A program made the translations under genes and the position numbers. A model generated the notes under the pieces. That model saw nothing but the letters and a program-made list of their open reading frames with translations. It was not told the origin of the DNA and made no database searches. Shown one piece after another: positions 54,959 to 64,000 of a stretch of DNA of 64,000 nt (position 1 is the stretch's first letter; every line of letters starts with the position of its first letter). Source of the stretch: the human T2T-CHM13v2.0 reference genome, Homo sapiens; assembly GCF_009914755.1 (NCBI RefSeq), contig NC_060930.1; one strand, 5' to 3'.

Positions 54959-56559
54959 ACCTACAGTATGCACCTAAGGTGTGTCCTATGTGTCCTAAGA
55001 TGGCTCCGACACTTGCTATGTGACCCCAGACAAGTTGCTTTCCTGAATCTCCATTTCCTCATCTGTAAAATGTGCTTGTGGGAATTTGGTGAGGAAGTGT
55101 GTGTATGTGTAAGTGCCTGACCCAAGGCAGGTGTTTGATAAGGGTTTGCAGCTATCATTGCCAATAGTATGATGAAAATTATGACTGATTCCTATGATAT
55201 CACTGAAGACAGGGCAGAGACCTTTATGGCCACTTTATGGGCAATGAAACCCTGGTGCAGAGAGAGGATATGGTGAGAGGCAGAGCCCAGGTCTTCCCAG
55301 TCCAAGTCCTGCACTCTGCTGCCTCCTTTCCCCCGCCTTCCAATCCATAGCTGCCCTAGTCCTCATTTATGTTTGCCAGCGTGCGGAGCAGCCCTTCTGT
55401 GTTTGTGAGTTTTCGGCATCTGTAAGTACCCACAGCCGCACAGAGCTCGCCAGCACAGACATTTGTCAAAGATGACATGCCAGTCATCCATGCCACCGGA
55501 GACAGTGACAGATGCGCTCTCCAGCCCCACCATCCAGGCAGTGGAGGATAGATGGGGCCTTGGCACCGGCGCCCGCTCTTGGCCTGGCATGTGCAGGGAG
55601 CTGCAGACCAGGCAAGAGACAAATTGCAGCCTGGTCAGTGGGCAGGAGGCTCAGTGTGCATGCAGGCAGATGTGGCTGCAGCCTGCCCCTGAACCAGACA
55701 CCTGCCTGCCCTCCCCAGTGTCCTAGACCTGCCCAAATCTGGTGTTTGCCTAAGATTTGTATGTGGTCACTGATGAGGAGGTGAGTGCTCACGGGCTTTG
55801 GGTTGTTTCCAATAATAATAGTGACAACGGCTGATGCTAACATATGCTGCTCTGCTGTTCTAAGTCCTTAGCATACATCGAGCTCTTTAATCCTTAGCCA
55901 TCCGGTGGTGGAGGTACAGGAAACTGAGCCTAGAGAGGTTGGAGGCCTCTTCCAAGTTCACACATTAAGTGGCAGAGGCAGGAATCAAATCCAGACACTC
56001 TGGCTCCAGAGTTCAATGCCCCTCAGGACTACTGTCTAATATTTGAGAGCCTGGAGTGGAGGAAAAATCGTGACTAGGCAAAGGATTCAGGTAGGCAGGG
56101 CTCACCACTAACCTGAGTGGACAGGAACAGGTTGCCCTGCCTCAATTTTTCCACCAGAAAAAATGAGCAGTGGCTGCTATTGCAAGGCCCTGCAAGGTCC
56201 CAGACCAGCTCCAGGGCAGGCCTCTCTGTTCTTCTGGGACCCTTGGGCACTAGCTCCTCTGCCGACACACATTCACTCCCTCCGCCTAATAATCCCAACC
56301 CAGATCCCCTGGAGTATCATCTCGTAGTTCATTAAACCATCACCTCTGTGTCCCTGAGGCAAGCTTGCAGTCTGTTGAGATTTTGTAGGGATGTTTATGG
56401 CTAGTGGCAGCAAAGGGAACAGACCACATAAAACAAAAAGAGACAGTATGAGCTCTTAAAAAGTTTCCAAAGTCTGGCATAAAAGCTCCCACAGGTGTTT
56501 CATTCATACAAATGACCAGCTTCCCTCCGCTCTGGATGAAGGGTTTGGAAAGACCAAAG

Positions 56560-56760
56560 TCTGGTTCAGTCCAGCCAGTCTCCTATTGTGGGACCTTCCT
56601 TGCGAAAGTACCCTTCTTTCTCTGAGCCTTGGTTTCCTTGTCTGTAAAATGGGTATAATGATAGTACCTATCTCATAAAATTATTGTGAGGATTAAAACA
56701 CAAAAAACACTTAGAACAGGGCCCGACACAAAGCGAATGCTCAACAAATGCCAACTGTTC
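56560..56760 (+). mobile_element. MIR SINE
   Basis: 'tctgtaaaatgggtataatgatagtacctatctcat...gtgaggattaaa...cacttagaacagggcc'. Confidence 0.85.
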
Positions 56761-57289
56761 TCATTCTCTGGTTTTTAGTTTCCTCAGTGGGAAAATGAGG
56801 AGGTGAGTTTTGTGCCAGGTATGGGCTTCTGGCTCGAACATTCTGTGACTTCATGATGTTCCTAGGGTGCTTCCTTGTCTCCTCCCACTTGCCTGAGTCT
56901 TTCTTCTTTGTTTCTGTGAGCCCCAGCCAATTAGTTTACTCACAAGTGTAGGGTAGAGAGAACTACACAAACAGGAAGTGTTACCACTCATACTCACAGT
57001 GGTGAATCATTCCAACCTTCCATCAAGTGGATCCACCTCCATTGGTCGACACAGCTGGGGAATCTGAGCTACTGTGGCCAGAACTCTGTTGACCACATCC
57101 TGCAATGACAGACCTCAGAATCCTTCCTGAACCTTCCATGGGAAGGAGTCTGTGACAGCCCACCTGTGTAGACTGGGCCTCATCAGCCTGAATTTGCTGA
57201 AATAAGTAATTCCAGTTTCCCTGAATTCATGCAGAGGGCACCCACGCTGGGAAGGAGTTTCTCTGGCTTTTCAAGCTCCATAAACACTT

Positions 57290-57830
57290 GAAAAGTCATT
57301 TTATTTTTCAATCTGTGGGCAGGATGCCACCAAACGAGGAAGCCTCATTAAACAGACCTTGAAGGCTATTTCTTTGTTGTTTTTTTTGTGGGAGTGGGAT
57401 GAGGTTTGGTGTTGGCTTTTTTTTCCCCCACTGATGCTTTTTGGATAAACACATAAATCAGCATCATCTATATTCATTAGATATCGTGCCTTGTTCAGTA
57501 CAAAATTACCCCTGTTTTGCATGACTTTCCCCCCTTGTGATTAATATAAATGACTTAAGTTAATTATGTTTCTCTTCATGGAAAAATGTATTTGTCAAAG
57601 TGCTGAAACATCAATAAAAAATAAACACTGTCATTTGAAGAAGGGCTCATTTGCAAATGAGTAGCTGGGGTGTGGGGAAAGGAATGGACTCACCCGTCTG
57701 GAGGTGTCATTCTGATTGAGTAGGCACACTTCATATTTACTAACAATGACAAAAGCATTTTTCTTAGTTAAGCACTCACAGGTCCTGATGAGGTAGACTG
57801 ATGTCATCATTATTAACAATAATGACACCT
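57290..57830. promoter_or_regulatory. Candidate conserved developmental enhancer
   Basis: Repeat-free, AT-rich block with PBX-HOX, forkhead, MEIS and SOX motifs and a 16-bp palindrome. Based on motif content only. Confidence 0.4.
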
Positions 57831-58357
57831 CAGGCGTAGAGAAAACAATTTTCCTTACTAGAGAAAACTAACGCTGGGTATTTTACCATCCAGACCTCCA
57901 AAACTAGGCCCAGCATGGGGACTTTGCAGGAATAGACCAAGAGGCAAATACAGATGATTGGAGTGGGAGGGAAGAGAAGTGAAGAAAAGCAAACCATGGA
58001 GCTGGTGTGGCATCTCAGAGCAACATGGAAGCTTAGGGATGAGACAGCACAAACACCTCCCTGGGCCAATGACAAGACTAAGAACCAGAGAGGGGACTTG
58101 CCCCTTGGGTAAACAGCATATTAGTGGCAGAGCCCAGAGAGAACCCAGGACTCTTGACTCCTAGACCCCCACCCTTTCCCTGCACTCTGCTGCCTCCCTT
58201 GCCACCAGGGATCAAAGGCTCCCCCTCACTTGAGTAAGTGGTCAATGGCACCAGCAAGGTGCAGGGGCTCAGACTGCTGGACAGTCAGGGCCCCAGGGAA
58301 ATCTACAGGTTACTGACTTTTTTCATGGTATCTGGAATAGCCTTTCCCCACACTGAC

Positions 58358-58824
58358 TGTCTTAGTTTGGGTTTCCTGAAGGCAGACCCTGAGACAAGAT
58401 CGTAGGTGCTGGTGGTTTATGTAAGAGGTGAGCCTAAGACACCAAGTGAGGTGGAGAAGTGAGACAGGGAAGGGAGAAAAGCCAATACAGGGCACATGTA
58501 TGAGGGGGTTACTGCTTTGGACACTTGGACTCACTCCCCCCAGGAGTGACTGCAGAGAATATGCCTCTGAGTTGTCCCGGTGCTGGACAGGGAAGCAGAA
58601 ATATTTATTTACTGACCTCTGGGGACTTTAATTTCCAACCCCTCTGGGTCACCCTGTACCTAAGCTGAGCAAACTCCCATAGTACCAGAAAAACCCAGAG
58701 ATCCAAAACCCTGAGCAGGTGAGTGGGAAGCGCTAGTGGGCACAGTCACTGTCTATGGCAGATGCACGTGAACCTGGAGGTGGTATGGGGGGATGTGGGT
58801 GGGGCAGGCATGTTATCTACTACA
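58358..58824 (-). mobile_element. LTR16-like ERVL solo LTR
   Basis: 'tgtcttagtttgggtttcctgaaggcagaccctgagacaag...gaagtgagacagggaagggagaaaagccaatacaggg...tctactaca'. Confidence 0.75.
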
Positions 58825-59014
58825 TCACCCTTATCTAAGTGCTCCCAGCCTTCCAAGAAATCCCCCCTCCAAGTAAACATGATCATCTTGTCTTCTGATG
58901 GTCAGAAACCATTCATCTGGCCACCTTATTTTACTTATCTTCTTAAATATTATTTCTGTCACCCTAAATATACTGTAAAGCATTCAAGGGCAAAATTAAG
59001 GCCATTATCATTCT

Positions 59015-59445
59015 GTCATTCAACAAATACTTACTGAGCACTTACTCTGTGCTGGACTATCTTTAAGGTGCTAGGAATATAGCATCAAAGATAAAGAAAA
59101 TCCTTGTCTTCAAGGAACTTGCATCTTAAAAGTAGAGCTAGACAATAAACACATAAATAAATGCTATAATTTCAAGTGGTGATAAGTGGCTCAAAGAAAA
59201 AGAAAGCAGGGTAAAGGGGATAGCATAATGGAAGTGCAGTACTCCTGGGGACATTTGAGCAAAAGCCTGAATGAAATACCGGAGTAAGCCATGTAAGAAT
59301 CTGGTGGAATGGAATTCAATCAAAGAGAATGTCAATGCAAAGACCCTAGGGAATAACAGGAAGGCTGGTGTGACACTCAGCGGAGTGAAAAAGAAGGTGG
59401 TAGGAACTGAAGAAGGGGACAACCAGATCGTCTAGGACCTTACCT
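59015..59445 (-). mobile_element. L2 LINE 3' fragment
   Basis: 'cattcaacaaatacttactgagcacttactctgtgc' is the antisense L2 3' terminus. Confidence 0.8.
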
Positions 59446-61174
59446 TTAAACAGTGCCTGGCACAAAAGAAAGGTACTCCAAGCTGACTGGATGGATAGAT
59501 GGGTGGATATAACAGATGGAAGGATGGAAATAATGACAGACTAGTGGATGAAGAAAGAAGAAAACAAAGCAGGTTCTATAGGTAGAGTGTGGTGCCAATG
59601 GTGCATTCAAAGCCAGACTTTGCAGAAATAGCAAATATTGAACCCAAAGTACCCAATGAGTAGTTATTAGACCAAGGAAGCAGTTGAAGGAGAAATGTTC
59701 CTCTCTGGGCTTCAGCCAATGAGAATCCTAGAAACCTGAGTGTCCTTATCTTTCTTTACATTCCCTGCAGAGGCCCAGCTTCTCCCCTGTGGTGAGTATC
59801 CAATAACATTAAATGGTATTACAGTGGATTAATTAAACTTTGGTGGCTGGAAGCTAGTGAATCATTCCCTCCACCACATATTACCATGTTTACTCATCAG
59901 GGCTCCATTTTTAATAGCGGTCTTTTAATTAAAGCATGTCACCACGGTCCATTAGGGAAGAATTTGGAGGATGAGATGTGCATGTGGGTGCAAGCATCAT
60001 TTAATTCAGCAGTTCTTTACTGAGTGCCTACTATGTGCCTGGCAAGTCTTGAGGTACTATGAGAAAATAAGGTGCAAGTGAAGGGCTTCAAGGAACTTAC
60101 GCGATCAAACAAAGTGAATTCACACTCACGATCAACTGAGGAACATTGGCATATTAATCATTGCTTGCCAACTAACCAGAATTCTTTATTAGTAACTTCT
60201 CCCACCTAGTTTAATTTGGAAGAACCAGGCCAATCATAAGAAAAATTCTGGGGCTTTTCGTTTTCAGCAAAATATCCAGGGTATACTGTGGCCTAGACCC
60301 TGATGCAGTCATATATCTTTGGGAAAGCCTCCTAAAACTTCTGAGCCTCAATCAGTCTCTTCAAGAATAAAAGCAGAGGTTGTTCTTATCCAGAAATTCT
60401 CTAGATTCCAGCTGTAACATTTTCTCATCTGCGACCCTCCAAATCTCCAGGCCCAGACCATGAGGATGGGTTTTCCAGAATGGTGGAAATTTCATCTAAA
60501 GTCACTCTAAGATTTTTACCCACCAGAGAAAGATCCTTTTCATTACATTCATGACATTTTGTTTTCTGAATTTTCAAAGAGGACCAAGAAGACCTGTTTG
60601 GAAGTAGGAGTAGTTACAATGCATGCACTATGTGTGCACTTAGATGAGGAGGAACAAACCACATACTGCCAGAAAAGCAGGCTCTATTCATGGGGTGACT
60701 GGGTAAAAGGCATTGGAACTGGACCCTAAAGACTAGGTAATAGTTTGAGAGTAGGAGAAATGGGGGGAAAGAGCCAATTTTCAGCCTGATTCTAGCCATG
60801 TTCCAAGTATGGGTCCCCACTTTGCAACTGCATGACAAGCTCCCCCAGGAGGAGGGACCAGGTCTCTTTTTCTTTTGTCTGAGATTCTTCCTTCCAGCTC
60901 TTCACTCCTTAGGCGAGCTCAGCCAGTCTCATAGGTTAGGGCCCACCTGTGTGATGATGACTCCCACATTTCCATCTCCAGCTCAGCACCTCTCTGCGGA
61001 GCTCTCTATTCAGTCAGCTACCTGCTTGGCACAGCACTTAGAGGCTTCAAGACATCACAAACAACGTGGACAAAATGAGGCTCCTATTTCTGTGTCCAGT
61101 CTGTTGATCCTCATTCTTCAGGTCTCAATGTAGGAGTCACTTCCCCAGAATGTAAATATATATCTTACCCCAGA

Positions 61175-61175
<1 letters not shown>

Positions 61176-61225
<50 letters not shown>

Positions 61226-61366
61226 CACACACATATATGAATATATTTGTTTATATATATTTATATATACATATATATGAATATTTATTTATTTATATAT
61301 GAATATTTATTTATTTATTTATTTATGAATATATATTTATTTATTTATATATATATTATATATATG
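61176..61366. repeat. Compound microsatellite (TG)16(TA)9(CA)4 followed by an AT-rich low-complexity tract, inside L2 (about 60880-61620, plus)
   Basis: Read directly from the sequence. Confidence 0.95.
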
Positions 61367-63254
61367 AAGGAGGGGTCAGGACCTCTCCGATCCCTCTTCT
61401 ATAAACACCCTAGGTTTTCCTTCACAAATGTTGTCACATTGTCAGGAAATCTTTGTGTTGTGATATCTTTTCTGTGAGGTATTTGATGAATGGTTGCCTG
61501 TCTTACTGGATTTTTAAGTCCCATTGGGCATAGATCAGCCCCCATTTACTCACCACTGTCTCCTGAGTACCTGGGACTGTGCCTAGAACATAATAGGCCC
61601 CCAGTAAATATTTGTTAAGGGAAGGCATGGGTTCCCCAACCCCAGCCAGTGTGCAAGATCCATTTCCGCATACCACTGGCACACAACATTCAGGCACTGG
61701 GAGCCGCACAGTGACGGAAGCTTGAACATTTTCTTCGTGTCAAGTTCTCAGTAAAGCTATTTTCTCACATTGTCTCATGTAATTCTTAAACCACCCTGGA
61801 AGGAATAGGTTTTATTGCTGTTTCCATTATATAGGTGGGGAAACATGGCTCAGAGGAAAGTGGCATGTCCAAGATCACACATCCTGCAGGGGACAGACAG
61901 ACCAAACCCATGTTTTCACCAGCCTCTCATCTCACAAACAACACTAGGTTTGTTAATACCTGGGAACTCTGTGTAAGCGAGGTCCCTGGCTTGGTGTCAG
62001 AAGACCTGGGTTTGAGTCTTGACAATGTCCTTTGTAAGTAGCTTAAGGTAGCTCCTCAGTTCCCTGTGAGACACTGCACACAACATCCTTTAAACTGCCT
62101 TAAGAAAAACAGCCCTACAAATGAAGACTCCATTGCCACTCCCTTTGAAGCAGCTGCTCTCAGAGTCCTCTGCACTGCCTCATCTGAATTGAACTATCTC
62201 CCCACCTTCTCGCAGAATCAAAAACTAGAGGCTGCAGGCTGAAGAGGGCACCATTATTTTGTTTAACTCACAGAGTATTTAAAACTTTTTTTTAAGTTGT
62301 TGGGTAAATTCTAACAGGTTTTCTTCAGGGTCCAGATTTTTACCTTCTCTTGAAAAATTAGAAGCTCCTGCAACATCAGTCCCACAGCTCTGCACATCAT
62401 TGACTGGCATCAATTGGTTGAGCCAAGAGGTAGCCATGCTCTCTCCCCAGTGTGCCACTATCCCTACCTGAGGCTGGGAATCAGGTGTCACTTACCTTGA
62501 CATCTGTTCCCTTATTTTTCCAACAATGGGAATACATTTTTCTGCATTCATGTCGCTAACAGAACTAGGAAAAGCAAGCCTGGACCACAAGGATAGTGCA
62601 GTGAGAGATAATGTGAGTATAATTCTTGATGCAAGTGAAGAATAATCATGAGTTCAATATGGTTAAGTGCATGTGTTTCAAAACAACACAACCCAAACAA
62701 GATTCAGCAAAAATACTATCCCCCAGCTCTATTTTGTTATGTTGCCTCTATGACCCCTGTAAGATTTTGAATTTCAGATGCTTGCTTCAGTTAAATAAAG
62801 AGTTTTCTAGATGAAGGCATGCAGTAGGTCTCTAACACTGAGCCACTGCCTTGTCCCTCTCAATTAACCTTTGTCTTTAAGTCCCTGTCTAATGCCTACT
62901 AGTAGCTAGGTCCCTGAGATTGTAAAGACCCCAAGGCCCCAGGACCCTGAAGAGCCCAGGAAGTATCAGACCAATGAACCAGACCTGAGGTCTCCTGTAC
63001 TCTTCAGCTTCTGAACTATAGGAGAATCCCAAGGAAAACAGGGCAACAACAACTTATAATAAATAGTAATACTGCCAGAATCCTATTTGTATTTACCAGT
63101 TTGCAAAGCACTCTCATTCATTCAACAGTCATATGGCAAATATAAGTTGAGGCTCTATTACAGATCTAGGCCCTGTGGGCGTGATGTTATACTTGGTAGT
63201 CAAGATCCCTGACCTTAGGAAGCTTCCAGTCTGGCCAGGAAACATCAGAGAACT

Positions 63255-63450
63255 AACATTTCTATAGCACTTTACCATGAACCAGTCACTCTTCTAGGTG
63301 CTTTACACTGAGTAACTCATTTACCCTTCATAGCAATTCTAGGAGATAAGTACTGCTGTTTTCCCCATTTCACAGATGAAGAAACTGAGGCTACAGAAGT
63401 TAAGTAACTTCCTCAAGCTCAGTGGTGGAGCCAGCCATCTGACCCACAGA
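63255..63450 (-). mobile_element. MIR SINE
   Basis: 'ccccatttcacagatgaagaaactgaggct..agaagttaagtaactt'. Confidence 0.85.
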
Positions 63451-64000
63451 AGCAAGTTGCTGGAGGCAGGCTTTTGGGACCACAGACTGGGAAGATGATA
63501 TCTTCACCAGTGAAGATTTCCAAGGCCAACATCACATGGCCAAATTGCATCACCCCATGGCCCTGGGCTCTTCTCCCTGTTCACACTAAAACTCAGAAAC
63601 ATTTATTCATGGGGGGAGTAGTCAGCACACTGGTTGCTCAGGTCTGAGAATGCCAGGGCTGAGCTAGCAGGGTTTGCAGGTCCCAAGGCAATTTGCATCT
63701 CCTGTTGGAAGTCTTCCTCATCAAAGCAACGGAAATCAATGCAGTAAATAGTTATAATGAACTGACCTGCTCACACTCCCTGTCTCTTCCTGAGGAAGAG
63801 GAATCATGAGAGACACATTGTTTCCAAATCCTTCACCTCTTTCCCCCTCGCCTGATCCTCCCACAGGGAATCCTCTTTGCTCCTGTCAACAGTGTTTGAG
63901 ATGTTTCAGAGTTTTTATTGGATCTTCATTGTAGCTCTGTCTGTGAGGATTCAGTGAAGCTAAGATTTAAGGGCCAGAGAGAGTTGAAACTTCTACCAAG

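Noticed and set aside
55308-58197. 19-bp direct repeat cctgcactctgctgcctcc at 55308 and 58179
   Set aside because: Both copies lie at the homologous end of MIR-like fragments, so shared ancestry explains them.

Overview
This is primate, most likely human, non-coding genomic DNA (intergenic or deep intronic), identified by about 11 Alu SINEs plus MIR, L2, CR1/L3, L1, MaLR/ERV solo LTRs and hAT DNA-transposon fossils. I see no protein-coding gene, RNA gene, CpG island or CRISPR array. The six-frame ORFs are short chance ORFs or translations of Alu/L1/LTR sequence. The only recognisable protein relic is a broken L1 ORF2 reverse-transcriptase segment (FADD motif, 35969-35980). I found no convincing evidence of a previously undescribed biological system. 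The best leads are several repeat-free blocks dense in transcription-factor motifs that look like conserved enhancers (best 57290-57830), an ARE/AP-1 pair that arose inside a DNA transposon, a CpG-retaining LTR1 promoter, a candidate 42-nt micro-exon, nested transposon stacks with readable TSDs, and a 34-bp perfect microsatellite palindrome. Repeat subfamily names come from my recall of consensus sequences, not from a RepeatMasker run. Boundaries of old repeats are approximate. I cannot identify the locus.
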